Source: Chiloscyllium plagiosum (lineage: Eukaryota). Taken from it: a stretch of 53,347 nucleotides of DNA. The stretch covers positions 43,055,040 through 43,108,386 of the forward strand of contig NC_057728.1 in assembly GCF_004010195.1 (NCBI RefSeq), in the 5' to 3' direction. The position numbers and the translations under genes are program-made. Below the pieces are notes generated by a model, which was given only the letters and a program-made list of their open reading frames with translations, was not told the DNA's origin and ran no database searches. This document shows, piece after piece, positions 1-12,559 of this stretch (the stretch's first letter is position 1; each line of letters begins with the position of its first letter).

Positions 1-317
1 TCTACCCTTCAAAAAACCATGTTGACTATCCCTATTCAACTTATTCCTTTCTAGATGATTATAAATCCTATCTCTTATAACCTTTTCCAACACTTTACCG
101 ACAACCGAAAGAAGGTTCACTGGTCTGTAATTACCAAGGTTGCCTCTACTCTCCTTGAACAAAGGGACAACATTTACTATCTTCCAGTCTTCCGGCACTA
201 TTCCTGTAGACAATGCTGATATAAAGATCGAAGGCAAAGGCTCTGTAATCTCTTCCCTGGCTTCCCAGAGAATCTGAGGATAAATCCCATCTGGCACAGG
301 GGACTTACATATTTTCA
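1..317 (-). mobile_element. CR1 LINE ORF2 fragment (just upstream of RT core), inverted
   Basis: Minus strand gives degenerate KSP.PDGIYP..LWEAREEI...GNY.PV.L..VVGKVLE....QHGF motifs; runs off the window edge. Confidence 0.8.
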
Positions 318-1444
318 TATGTGGATTTCAGTAAGGCTTTTGATAAGGTTCACCACAATAGGCTACTGCACAAAATATGAAGGCAGGGAATTGAGGGTGG
401 TTTAGCAGTTTGGATCAGAATTTGGCTAGCTGAAAGAAGACAGAAGGTGGTGGTTGATAGGAAATGTTCACCCTGGAGTTCAGTTATGAGCGGTTCACTG
501 CAATATTCTGTTTTGGGGCCATTGCTGTTTGTTGTTTTTATAAATGACCTAGATGAGGGCATAGAAGGATGGATTAGAAAATTGGGATTGTGGATAGTGT
601 TGAAGGATGTTGCTGGTTACAGAGGGACTTAGATAAGCTGCAGAGCTTGGTTGAGAGTTGGCAAATAGAGTTTAATTCAGAAAAGTGAGAGGTGATTTTC
701 TTTGGAAGGAGCAACAGGAATAAAGAGTACTGGACTAACGGTAAGATCCTTGGTAGTGAAGATGAGCACAGAGATCTCAGTGTCCATGTATATAGATCCC
801 TGAAAGTTGCCACCCAGGTTAAAAGGGTTGTTAAGAAAGCACATGGTATGTTAGCTTTTATTGGTAGAGGGATTGAGTTTCAGAGCCATGAGGTCATGCT
901 GCAGCTGTGCAAAATCTGGTGCGGCCACACTTGGAGTATTGTGCACAGTTCTGGTCACCGCATTATGTGGAAACTTTGGAAAGGGTTCAGAGGAGATTTA
1001 CTAGGATGTTATCTGGTATGGAGGGAAGGTCTTATGAGGAAAGTCTGAGGGACTTGAGGTTGTTTTCATTTGAGAGAAGGTGGTTGAGAGGTGACTTAAT
1101 AGAGACATATACGATAATCAGAGGGTTAGATAGGGTGGGCAGTGAGAACCTTTTTCCTCAGATGCTGATAGCTAGCATGAGGGGACATAGCTTTAAATTG
1201 ACGGGTGATAGATATAGGATCAATGTCAGAGGTAGTTTCTTTTTTGAGAGTAGTACGGGTGTGGAATGCTCTACCTGCAACAGTAGTAGACTCGCCAACT
1301 TTAAGGGTATTTAAATGGTCATTGGATAAACATATGGATGAAAATGGAATTGTTTAGGTTGGATGGGCTTCAGATTGGTTCCACAGGTCGGTGCAACATG
1401 GAGGGCCAAAGAGTCTGTACTGCGCTGTAATATTCTATGTTCTA
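318..1444 (+). mobile_element. CR1 LINE 3' part (RT C-terminal half, 3'UTR, tail)
   Basis: DFSKAFDKV, SVLGPLLFVVFINDLD, LVRPHLEYCAQFWSP, ERVQRRFTRM and RGDLIE motifs with frameshifts; ends in a ttctatgttcta tail. Confidence 0.93.
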
Positions 1445-2249
1445 ACCCTCAAATAGCATAATCAAGGAAGTGAACATAGTGGTATCATAAAGACTGAATT
1501 GCTGAGGGTGAATTAGAGGAATGAGAGAGTTGAAAGCCATCATGCTGAACTAACATGGTTACCTGCTTCAGTATAAATCTACAGGCAGATGGAGAATAAA
1601 CATCTGCTAATGCACATCAAAGATGTGGTGCATAAAACCCCATGGATACCACCACCACCAATGAGAACAGATGACTGATGTCCAATGATTAAAAAAAACA
1701 GCAAGGAAGAAATTGCATGTTTCAGCAGGGAAGATGTCTTCGGTGAAGGAAATCCAAGAGTGGTGAAGTTCTCCAGTATAAAGGGATCTATAAACCTCAG
1801 ACTGTAAGAAGAGAATCAAAGCTTTCCATCCAGTCTTCCAAGTCCAGAAGATGTATTCTGCAGGGATTGTGAAACCTCCAGATCCTGTGTATTTGTAAAA
1901 TCAGAGACCTGGTAGAGGTGTGGGTGCAAAAATGAAATTATTCATTTGTAAGTATAATGAAAACAAAAAAGAGGGTAATGTTGCATAAGTCTGAAAGTAT
2001 TCATATGAAGAAATGCTGCACTTTGAAGGTCACGCAGACTAGTTTTAGATTTTGAAGGAGTGAGACTAAGGACATGACCCTCCTTAAAATCTCCAGAACA
2101 ATGTTCACTACATCAATGTAATCTGTAACTTCCTCTACCACAGTAAACTAAGCAGATCCAGTGGTTTCCTACATTTAAAGAGAATGGTGGAATGAATGTT
2201 TATTATGAGCAGCAACTCATAACATCACCACAAGCTGGTCAAACAAATC

Positions 2250-2520
2250 TCCCAGTCTACAATGCTCCAAGACCAGTCTGCTCCTCTAGTTCTGGCCTCC
2301 TGATCATCTCTAATCTGAATCATTCCACCAAGGGCGGCTGTCCCTTCAGTTACCTAAGCCCTAAACTCTGGAATATCTACCCAAACCTCATGATTTAATT
2401 TCCTGCTTTAAGACGCTTCCTAAACTTGCCTGTTGTTACTCTTAAATCTCCTTAGGTGCTTGGTGTCATATTTTGGTTTATAATGCCTTACTATAAAATA
2501 AATGCTAAAATGTATAGGCT
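2250..2520 (+). mobile_element. L2-type LINE 3' fragment
   Basis: Degenerate GG.AFS...PKLWN.LP C-terminal motif and an L2-like tail. Confidence 0.55.
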
Positions 2521-2569
2521 TTTGTTGTATATACGCATTTAGGGTTATGTTCCATGATTTTCAGGTTTT

Positions 2570-4200
2570 CCTTCAAGTGGTGTTCCCAGGGATCTGTGTA
2601 GGGACCCATGCTTTTCCTGAAGTAAACAAACAATTTGGAAATGGGTGAGGATGGCAAATTCTTTAAATTTGCATTTGATACTAAGTGAGGGAGAATATTG
2701 AATTGTGAAGATGATGCTAAGTGACTTCAGAAATAAATATTGACAAGTTTGTCAAATGGGAGACATCTGGCATATGAAATTCAGTGCAGAGAAATGCAAG
2801 GTAATACATTTTTGTTAAAGAAACATGGAGGCACAATACAGGCTCAATGGTACTTTGAGGAGAGTACAGATGCAGAAAAAACTCATGGTTCGAGTACCTA
2901 ATTCTCAGAGGGCAACCAGGCAAGTTAAATCAGTTGTTAAGAATAGGATTCTTGGGTTTCTAAATAGAGGCATAGAGTATAAAAGCGTAGAAGTGATGTT
3001 ACATCTCTGCAAGTCATTGGTCAGACAACATTTGGATTATTGCGTTTAGATCTGAGCAGCTTATTTGAGGATAAATGTCAAAGCTCTGGAATGAGTCTAA
3101 AGGAAATTTAGTAGTGTGACGATACTTTGGCTTTAAGTGGTGTATTTTGTCCTTTTTCTAAAATGTAGAAAGTTTGAGGCAGAGGTGTAGAGCAGTCTGC
3201 CCAAAGCCAATAAAGTAAACAGCTTGTCAGGCCTTGTGTTTTTTCAAGACAATGTGGAACCATAGCAGCCTGAATGGGTTCCGTCAAGAATGGTGATTTT
3301 TAATTTTAGCTTCCAGCAGTTGCTGGGATCTTGAAGCTGGCTGTGGAAGCTCTTATTCCTCTCTCTGAAGCTAAAAGCTGGGATTCTCTTCCTATTGCCA
3401 CAACTGCATGTAAGACAATCTATATTACTGAATTTGCCCCTGACAAGGGTCTGTTTATGGGATGTTACTATATTGGAACAATTAATTAGTAGTGGTTAAT
3501 ATATATTTTTTGTTAGGCATTTTGATAAAGTTAGAGTTAAGCCAATTCTTTTATTTTTCTTTTTTATGTTACAGCTAAAATACAAAGTGTGTTTTGCTTA
3601 AAGTCAAGCAGTTTGACCAATCAAATTGCATCTGGAATGCAACATCTTACATTTAACTTTAAAATAAGAAAAAGGTCGGGTCTATGCTATCTTCTTTATA
3701 TATTTTGGAAGGTTTGGGTCTGGTCCACAACTCTAACATGATACCAGGAATGAGGGATTTTCGGTACATGGAAAGATTAGAGAAATTGGGATAATTTTCT
3801 TTCAAACAGAGATTAACAGATGGTCTTAGAGGTGTTGAACATTCTGAACAATTTGACAGGATAGAGGAGGATATTCAGTTTCCAGTAGCTGGTATATCAG
3901 TAACTGGGTGGTAGGGGGCGGGGACACAATTTCAAGATTGACAGCGAGAGATTTAGGAGTAAGATGAAGAGAAATGTCTTTATTCAGTTATTAAAATTTG
4001 GAATGTGCCACCTGGGAGAGCCGGGGACAATTCCAAAGGAGGCTTCAAAAGAGAGATGGATACATATTTGGAAGTAATGAATTTAAAAGGCTATGGCCAT
4101 AGGGCTGCAGAATGGTATTAGCTGAGTAGCTTTCAGGAGCCAGTACACACATGATGGGTCAAATGGCCTCCTTCTGCACTGTTCGATTTTTATGATTCTA
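2570..4200 (+). mobile_element. Old CR1 3' fragment interrupted by an LTR-like insert
   Basis: GVPQGSV.GP.LF, RILGFLNRGIEYKS and LVRQHLDYCV motifs up to about 3114. CR1 coding resumes at about 3738 (MIPGM..) and continues to the ctatgattcta-like tail. Confidence 0.8.
3115..3735. mobile_element. Probable solo LTR (about 620 bp)
   Basis: Non-CR1 block beginning TGTGAC and ending ...GGTCCACAAC, which splits a CR1 reading frame (RKFS|MIPG). Size and TG start fit an LTR; the TSD is not clean. Confidence 0.5.
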
Positions 4201-4817
4201 TCATTTGAAGCAGAAAGAGAAAGATTCAGAACTAGCAAAACTAAATCAATCATAATGATGATGATTATTATCCCTACTTCAATTTTAGCTTTTAAAATTA
4301 ATTTTTATTGTTTAATTTGGGTTAAAGAGTGAAGCCTGGTTGCTTGCCAGAACATTAAGTATAATAAATGAAATAGTGGAATTATTCCTTATGGCACTTG
4401 TCTGTGATTCGCTGTGAAATATGTTAACTTCAAGAAGATATAATCATTGGTGTATGTTTCCTTTATGTCATCTTCATGCTGACACAGATTTATCTGTATC
4501 ACATGAATGAACACCTGATTCACCAAGGATGAGCGAAATGCTTCGATGGCAGAGTTTGTGAACAAAACTTTCAAAGAAAACTGCAATTAAATCACAAATT
4601 TTAAGGCAATTTTAAGAATAAGGATTACCATCTCTAGATAATATGCATTTCTAGTGCTATTGATGAGACAGAAGAAATGCTCTTTCTTGCCAAGAATTCT
4701 TCTGTCACAATAGTGAATGTTTCATAATTCTATTTTAAGGTGCATCATACTTCTGGAATTCTATCCAACGTATTTCATTACGCTCTATTGAGAACGCCAG
4801 CTCATATTGGCTCATTC

Positions 4818-5143
4818 TTTATTCATTCAAAGGATGAGGGTGTCACTGGCTGGGCAGCATTTATTGCCCATCCTTAATTGCCCAGAGGGCAGTTAAGAAT
4901 CAACCACGTCACTGTGGGTCTGGAGTCACATGTAGGCCAGACCAGGTAAAGGACATTAGTGAAACAGATCGATTTTTTCAACAATCCATAATGGATTCGT
5001 GATCATTAGATTCTCAATTCCAGATATTTATTGAATTCAAACTCCACCATCTTCCATGGCGGGATTCAAATCAGGTTCCCCAGAATATGATCTGGATCTC
5101 TGGATTAACAGGCCAGCGAGAATAGTATTCTGCCATCACCTCC
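4818..5143 (-). mobile_element. tRNA-derived SINE (shark family with aataaatgctgccc-type LINE tail)
   Basis: Minus strand has a degenerate A/B-box head (..gatttgaatccc) and a tail ending aataaatgctgcccagcc..gaatgaataaa. Related fragments occur at about 5995-6060 and 19460-19520. Confidence 0.65.
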
Positions 5144-5492
5144 TCATCCTCCAGTTTCCACACTCTCTGAAAGGTAATAGCTTGATATGAGTTTGCAAGA
5201 TTGGCTTCCAGTTATGATTGAAAAATGTGATAAAGGTTCAAACCCCATAACAGTCCAAATCTCATGTAGAAACTTGAGATTGTACAATTACTTTATTATT
5301 TCACTTTTTGAATGAACATTACTTTGTTATTTCAGTACATAATAGAGAATGAAGTTGGAACTTTTCCCATTATACTGTTGGAGGATATATTAATTGGATT
5401 GATCCTCCCTGCTTCTAAAATGGCATATTTGAATCGAGGCAAGGAGTGAATAGCAGTTGCTCGAGAGATTCACTGGGTGGTTCTAGAGCTAT

Positions 5493-5730
5493 GTGTTTAG
5501 ATCAGAGTGGTGCTGGAAAAGCACAGCAGGTCAGGCTGCATCTGAGGAGCAGGAAAATCGATGTTTTGGGCAAAAGCCCTTCATCAGAAATAGTGTCTAT
5601 TCCTGATGAAGGGCTTTTGCCCGAAACGTCGATTTTCCTGCTCCTCGGATGCTGCCTGAACTGCTGTGCTTTTCCAGCACCACTCTGATCTAAACTTTGG
5701 TTTCCAGCATCTGCAGTCCTCACTTTTACC
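5493..5730 (+). mobile_element. Palindromic Penelope-like-derived non-autonomous element with hammerhead core, 15-bp TSD
   Basis: About 100-bp inverted arms around a short loop near 5595, plus a unique 3' tail (tccagcatctgcagtcctcactt). Flanked by TGGTTCTAGAGCTAT at 5478-5492 and 5731-5745. Confidence 0.85.
5599..5634 (+). ncRNA. Minimal type-I hammerhead ribozyme motif (putative)
   Basis: ATTC-CTGATGA-A-GGGC-TTTT-GCCC-GAAACGTC-GATT: complete core, 4-bp helix II, palindromic ACGU in place of helix III, GUC cleavage triplet. Confidence 0.75.
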
Positions 5731-6860
5731 TGGTTCTAGAGCTATCAAGAGAACAGGATTCTGATCTCAACAAACAAACATTTACTCTATGTTAAACATC
5801 AGCGGTTAAAGGTTGTTTAGATTTTTTTTCTAGTTAGTTTAATTCCAAGTTAAGCATCTCAAAAAATCCAACCTGATGACTTGCTCACCACGTATATACA
5901 TCCAGTCAAGTGTTCACCTAATTATACCATAGCTAATACATAAGGATATATAAAAACACTATCTACTGTTGCCTAGTTTCATTTAAAAAAAAATCGCTTG
6001 CAGGTTGTAGACATCTCTGGCTGGCTAGTATTTTGTTTTATATTGTCCATACCCTCTGGAAAACTAAGGAGACTTGCTGTCAAACAAATCCTCCTATTTC
6101 TATACCAACATTCTCACATCTATTCTTCCTCTGTTCCTTAACTATTAATTACTTGACAGCTGCCATTGAACCACTCTCTTACTAGCTCTCTCCAAGGCAG
6201 ACTTCAAGGGTTACCAGACCCCTGATTTAAATGTTGCTTCCTCAGCCACAAAACAGCAGTGTTATCCTCAGTAGGCAAGCACCTTAACCTAATTAAGAAT
6301 GGGAGTGACTGTCAGTGTTATGTTTCAAGTTGATATAATGCATTGCAATACTCAATTGCCTAGCTGCAATATCAATTATCATTTGATATAACCCTGGCAT
6401 GGGGACTTTAATTACATCTGTCTCTTTAATGCTGTTGATAGCCTTTCTGAGTCAGTCTGTATTTGTACTTCCTCGTCTCACTGGCATAGATTGAATATCA
6501 TGCCTTCATGCACACAAAAGTGTACTGGCAAAGAAGTCATACAGTATAACCAAGCACTAAATTCCAACCCCCAGCACAGCAGCCTTTTGATGCATGGAAC
6601 TTGCTGTTCAGGAACAGTCAACCCTGTACTGTTGCTTCCCTGTCAGGAATGTTGTTTTGATTAATACAACACGGTTTTATATTTATTGATGTCAAACAAC
6701 CAGATAGGATTTGTTATTGTACATAGATCTGTTGATATTTACAGATGTAAAAATCACAATGGGCAGTTCAACTCTTACAGACACATGTACAAACACTTCC
6801 TATTCAAGACTTTGAAAATGTTAAGAGAGCAGCACCATCGGTAGAGTTTGTGCAAGTGTT

Positions 6861-7172
6861 TTAGATTAGATTAGATGCTCTACAGTGTGGAAACAGGCCC
6901 TTTAGCCCAATAAGTCCACACTGACTCTCTGAAGAGAAACCCACCCAGACTCATTTCCCTACATTTACCTCTGACTAATGCACCTAACACTATGGGCAAT
7001 TTAACTTAGCCTATTCATCTAACCTGCATATCTTTGGACTGTGGAAGGTAAACCCACGTAGACACGGGGAGAATGTGCAAACTCCACACAGACAGTCACC
7101 CAAGGCCAGAATCGAACCCGGGTCCCTGGTGCTGTGAGGCAGCAGTGCTAACGACTGAGCCACTGTGCCACC
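6861..7172 (-). mobile_element. HE1-type tRNA-derived SINE
   Basis: Minus strand ggtggcacagtggctcagtcgttagcactgc...gggttcgattc head (A/B boxes), gggcctgtttccacactgta 3' end and (TCTAA)n tail. Confidence 0.88.
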
Positions 7173-8211
7173 TTTAATTGTAACATATTTAACCTCTTAC
7201 ATTTCACAACCTCTTGGCCTTTTCCAAACCTTAGTTAAGAACAACAATACCGTATTGAACGACCCACTCTGCAGCTGTCAGCAAACCAACATTTAGTGAG
7301 AGCAGATGTGCTCTGCTGACATCATTACTGGGAGCTGTGTACAATTTTCATTTCAATGTGCCTTTTATGTCCAATGATTCATTTTGTAAAGTGACAGAGA
7401 CATTTTGCTTTTGCTTGGTTGAGAACACAACAGCACTTTGATGCACAGATTTACAAATCAGACTATGGCTCATAAACGAGCATCTTGCAATCAAAGCTCT
7501 ACAGCGTTCAATTGTTCCTGGAGGGCATTTTTATTTTCCTGCAGTGATGTGAACACAGTCACTACACACTATTGTATTGTGTATTAATTACATATTAATT
7601 AAATGTTTAATTACATTTCAGTGATGAGCATTAGCAAAGGGGTCACCTGTGAGCTGGCAGTTGTTAATTTGGTTTAATGGTTTGGAAACAGTATGAAAAG
7701 GAGCAAGTTTATGGTATTGGAGGGCATGATATGAAATGCATAAATAGAAACATGCCAGTGGAAAAACACTAGACTTCAGTTCTGTTCTCACTGCTTGACT
7801 ATATGACTTGCAACACTACAATATGTTATTACATCCACATGTGGCATAATAGCAGCAAGGGGCACAGATTTGATCTCCTCCTACTGATATCAGACTACTC
7901 TTATAAAGGATTGTGTTCTTTTACACTATTTTACAATCCAGTTAAAGAAATGCACTTGAGAAAAATAGGATAATAGTACAAAGATCTGAAAATGCATTCA
8001 AAATGACCCCAGAGTGGAATACTAATGGAGTTCTGCTGTTAAAGATGTCACTTGGAGGTAAGACTTCAAACCAAAGATCTTTGTCCATCCTCATGAGAAA
8101 GTCTTTACTTTAACACTCAGAAAGCCAAACTAATTCAGCTGCAGTATTCAGTAATAAAGAGGGTTCTCTCTGTGCTCTGGCCAACATTCCTCTCTAACAT
8201 ATCTATTTAGT

Positions 8212-9117
8212 CATTGAATCATAGAGATTTACAGCATGGTAACATGCCCTTTGGTTGAACTTCTCCATGCTGACCAGATATCCTGAATTAATTTAGTCCC
8301 ATTCACCAAAATTTGGCCCATAACCCTCCAAAACCCTTCCTATTCATATACCTGTCTAGATGCCTTTTAGATGATGTAATTGTACCAGCCTCACTACCTC
8401 CTCTGACAGCTCATTCTGTATACGCACCACACAGTGCGTAAACATTTTGCCCCTTTGGTCCCTTTTAAATCTTTCCCCTCTCACCTTAAACCTAAGACCT
8501 CTAGTTTGTGACTCCCCCAAGCTGGGTAAAAGACTTTGGCTATTCACCCAATCCATGTCCCTCATGATTTTATAAACTTCTATAAGGTCAACCTTCAGCG
8601 CTCCAGCTAAAATAACCACAGCCTACTCAGCTTCTCCCTGTTTCTCAAAATCCTCCAAACCTAGCAAGATCCTTGAGAGTATTTTCCGGACCCTTTCAAA
8701 TTTCACAACATCCTTCCTATAGCAGGGAGACCAGAATTGCATGCAATATTCCAAAAGTGGTCTGACCAATGTTCTGTAAAGCTGCAACATAACCTCCCAA
8801 CTCCAATACTCAATGCATTGACCAATAAAGGTAAGCATGCCAAAAGCCCTGTTCACTATCCTGTCTACCTTTGATTCCATTTTCAAGGAATAAGGCACTC
8901 CAAGGTCTCTTTGGTCAGCAACATCCCCAGGACCTTACCACAGTGTATTACTTGGGCCCTGATATGCCCATCAAAATGTAACACCTCACACTTATCTAGA
9001 TAAACTCCATGTGCCACTCTTCAGCCCATCTGATCAAGGTTCCATTGTACTCTGAGGTAACCTTCTTCACTGTTCACTATACCACCAATTTTGGTGTCAT
9101 CTACAAACTTACTAACC
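8212..9117 (-). mobile_element. CR1 LINE 3' fragment
   Basis: ORFs 8623-8898 (LVRPLLEYCMQFWSP) and 8356-8619 (DLIEVYKIMR); begins near SKFVDDTKIGG; tail ctatgattca. Confidence 0.92.
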
Positions 9118-9244
9118 AGATGTTGGCAAGGTGCTATGTTTGGTAGCTTGGAAGAAAAAAATGGATCTCTTAATTTCTGCTACCAAATAAAACTCATCGC
9201 CAATTTATTTAACTTTGTTTAACATTATTATTATTTCTTTTTTC

Positions 9245-12200
9245 TTAGCACAGAACAGGCCCTTCAGCCCATGATGTTGTGCCGACCATTGATCCTCAGG
9301 TGAGGTAAACCTAATGTACGAACTCTCAAATTTCTGTGACCATATGCATGTCCAGCAGTCTCTTAAATATCCCCAATGACCTCGCTTCCACAACTGCTGC
9401 TGGCAACGCATTCCATACTCTCACAATTCTCTGCATAAAGAACCCGCCTCTGACATCCCCACTGTACTTTTCGCCAAACAGCTTAAAACTATGACCCCTC
9501 ATGTTTACAATTTCTGCCATGGGAAAAAGTTTCTGGCTATCAACTCTATCTACGCCTCTCATTATCTTGTACACCTCATTTAGGTCCCCTCTCTTCCTTC
9601 TTTTTTCCAATGAAAAAAGTCCAAGCTCAGTCAACCTCTCGATCTCACGGCTCTTAAACTCAATCCCCCTGTTAATGAAAGCCAAAACACCATATGCTTT
9701 CTTAACAACCCTGTTCACTTGGGTTGCAATTTTAAGGGATCTATGTACCTGCACACCAACATCCCGCTGTTCCTCCACACTGCCAAGAATCCTGTCTTAA
9801 TCCTATACTCAACTTTCAAGTTCGACCTTCCAAAATGCTTCATTTCGCATTTATCCAGGTTGAACTCCATCTGTCACCTCTCAGCCCATCTCTGCATCCT
9901 GTCAAAGTCATGTTGCAGCCTACAACAGTCCTCTATACTATCAATGACACCTCCAACCTTGGTGTCATCTGCAAACTTGCTAACCCATCCTTCAATCTCC
10001 TCATCCAAGTCATTAATAAAAATTACAAAGAGTAGAGGCCCAAGAATAGAGCCCTGTGGAACACCACTCACCACTGACTTCCAGGCAGAATATTTTCCTT
10101 TCACTACTACTCGCTGTCTTCTGTCGAGCAGCCAACTCTGTATCCAGACAGTTAAATTTCCCTGTATCCCATTCCTCCTGACCTTCTGAATGAGCTTACC
10201 ATGGGGAACCTTATCAAATGCCTTACTGAAGTCCATATACACAACATCTACCGCTCGACCCTCATCAACATGTCTAGTAACATCCTCAAAGAACTCAATA
10301 AGATTTGTGAGGCAAGAGCTGCCCCTCACAAAGCCGTGCTGACTGTCTTTAATCAAGCCATGCTCTTCCAGATGGTCATAAATCCTATCCCTCAGAATCC
10401 TTTCTAACACCTTGCAGACGACAGACGTGAGACTGACTGGTCTATAATTGCCGGGGATTTCCCTATTTCCTTTCTTGAAGGGAGGAATTACATTTGCCTC
10501 CCTCCAGTCCTCAGGTACTGGAGAGCGAGGATGCAAAGATCTTCGCAAGCGGCGAAGCAATCACATTTCTCGCTTCTCAAAGCAGCCGAGGACAAACCTG
10601 GTCTGGCCCTGGCGACGTCAATCTTAATGTTTGTCAAAATTTTCAACACATCAGCTTCCTCTATTTCTATCTGTTCCAGCATGTTTACCTGCTCCTCAAT
10701 GGTTTCATTCACTACAAGGTCCTTTTCTTTAGTAAAGACAGAAGCAAAACATTCATTTAGGGCCTCCCCTACCTCCGTAGACTCTATACACAAGTTCTCT
10801 ATGCTATCCCTGATCGGCCCTACTCTTTCTTTGATCATTCTCTTATTCCTCACATATGTGTAAAATGCCTTTGGATTCTCCCTAATCCTTCCCGCCAAGC
10901 CTTTTTCGTGCCCCATCTTGGCTCTCCTCAGACCATTTTTGAGCTCCTTCCTCGCCTGCCTATAATCCTCTAGAGCTGAGCAAGACCCTTGCTTCCTCTA
11001 CCTTACGTAAGCTGCCTTCTTTCTTTTGACGAGTTGCTCCTCTGCTCTCGTCATCCAAGGTTCCTTCTTGCCTGTCTCAGAGGAACACATTTGTGCATCA
11101 TTCGCAACAACTGTTCCTTAAACAGTCTCCACATGTCTATAGTGCCCTTTCCATGGAACAATTGCTCCCAGTCCATGCTTCCCTACGCACGTCTGATAGT
11201 ATCAGTTTCCTTATCCCCAATTAAATATCCTCCCATTGTGCCTGCTTCTCTCCTTCTCTATAGCTATATAGAATGTGAGGCAGTTGTGGTCACCATCACC
11301 AAAATGCTCTCCCACCGCAAGATCTGACACCTGCCCCGGCTCGTTGCCGAGCACCAAATCCAAAATGGCCTCTCCCTTCGTCGGCCTGTCAACGTACTGA
11401 GTTAGGAAACCCTCCTGAACACACCTTACAAAAACAGCTCCTTCCAAACCATCTGCTCGAAGGAGGTTCCAATCAATATTGGGAAAGTTAAAGTCACACA
11501 TTACAACAACCCTACTATATTCACACTTTTCCAAAATCTGCCGACCTATGCTTTCTTCAATCTCCTTGTTGCTACTGGGGGGGCCTGTAGTAAACCCCTA
11601 ATGAGGTGACTGCTCCCTTACTGTTCCTAATTTCCACCCATACTGACTTAGTAGGCAGACCCTCCTCGACAATGGAAACTTCTGTAGCTGTGATTCCCTC
11701 TCTGATTAGTAGTACTACACCCCCTCCTCTTTTTCCCCCTCCCTATTCTTTTTAAATGCTCTAAACCCTGGAACATCCAGCAACCATTCTTGCCCCTGAG
11801 AAACCCACGTCTCTGTTATGGCCACAACATCATAGCACCAGGTACTAATCCATGCTCATTACTTTTATTCCTGATACTCCTTGCATTAAAGCAAACACAC
11901 TTTAACCGATCCATTGACTCATTCCCAGGAAATTCCTTCCCACTGGCTGCGCTACCTCTTGCTATTGCCTCATCTCCATCAACTCTCACCACCGGTATAT
12001 AGCTCATGTTCCCACCCCCCCTGCCATACTAGTTTAAACCCTCCTGAACAACTCGAGCAAACCTTCCACCCAGGACATTGGTCCCTTTCCAGTTCAGGTG
12101 CAACGTCCTTCGTGTACAGGTCCCACCTTCCCCAGAAGGCATCCCAATTATCTACATATCTGAAACCCTCCCTCCTACACCAGCTGCGCAGCCACACGTT

Positions 12201-12360
12201 AACCTGCGTCTGCTCCCTGTTCCTCGCCTCGCTATCTCATGGCACCGGTAGTAAACCCGAGAACACTACTCTGTTCGTCCTACTCTGCAGCTTCCCCCCT
12301 AACTCCCTGAAATCACTTTTTATATCCTCGATCCTTTTCCTGGCTATATCATTGGTGCCA
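9245..12360 (-). mobile_element. Long CR1 LINE: ORF1 C-terminus (SGNH esterase-like), APE endonuclease and RT; disrupted
   Basis: ORF1 end WLRSWCRREGFRYVDNWDAFWGRWDLY. EN motifs FNARSIRNK, DFNFPNIDW, ILDLVL and DH. RT motifs GNYRPVSLTS, QHGF, YMDFSKAFDKVPH, GVPQGSILGPLLF and FADDTK. Contains frameshifts and internal deletions. Confidence 0.96.
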
Positions 12361-12389
12361 TATTATGCTGTGTTGTGCAGCTTACCTCG

Positions 12390-12540
12390 TTGATTGCGAT
12401 CAATCCCTGGAAAATACAGACCATTTTCTATATCTTGGGAACTTCAACTTTGAAGGCCAACACAGGCCAAATAATTCATCATTGCCTCCAACTGTCAGCT
12501 TTGCCTTTGCCCAACTGAGGAAACATGATTCAAGAACCTG
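12390..12540 (+). mobile_element. Short RTE-clade LINE fragment
   Basis: LENTDHFLYLGN...AFAQLRK resembles the RTE LE.VD.F.YLGS...AF.RL motif. Confidence 0.45.
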
Positions 12541-12559
12541 GTTCTTAATTCAAGATTAA

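Noticed and set aside
5446..5723. Similar small ORFs on both strands here and at 33312-33608, 38797-39164 and 46785-47040 as a peptide family
   Set aside because: Artefact of the palindromic repeat; no consistent start, stop or frame among copies.
5493..5730. MITE / DNA transposon reading of the palindromes
   Set aside because: The inverted arms are not terminal (a one-sided tail always remains), TSDs vary from 9 to 15 bp, and non-palindromic copies exist. This fits retrotransposition better.
9501..12393. + strand ORFs of 60-160 aa
   Set aside because: Antisense shadows of CR1 ORF1/ORF2.
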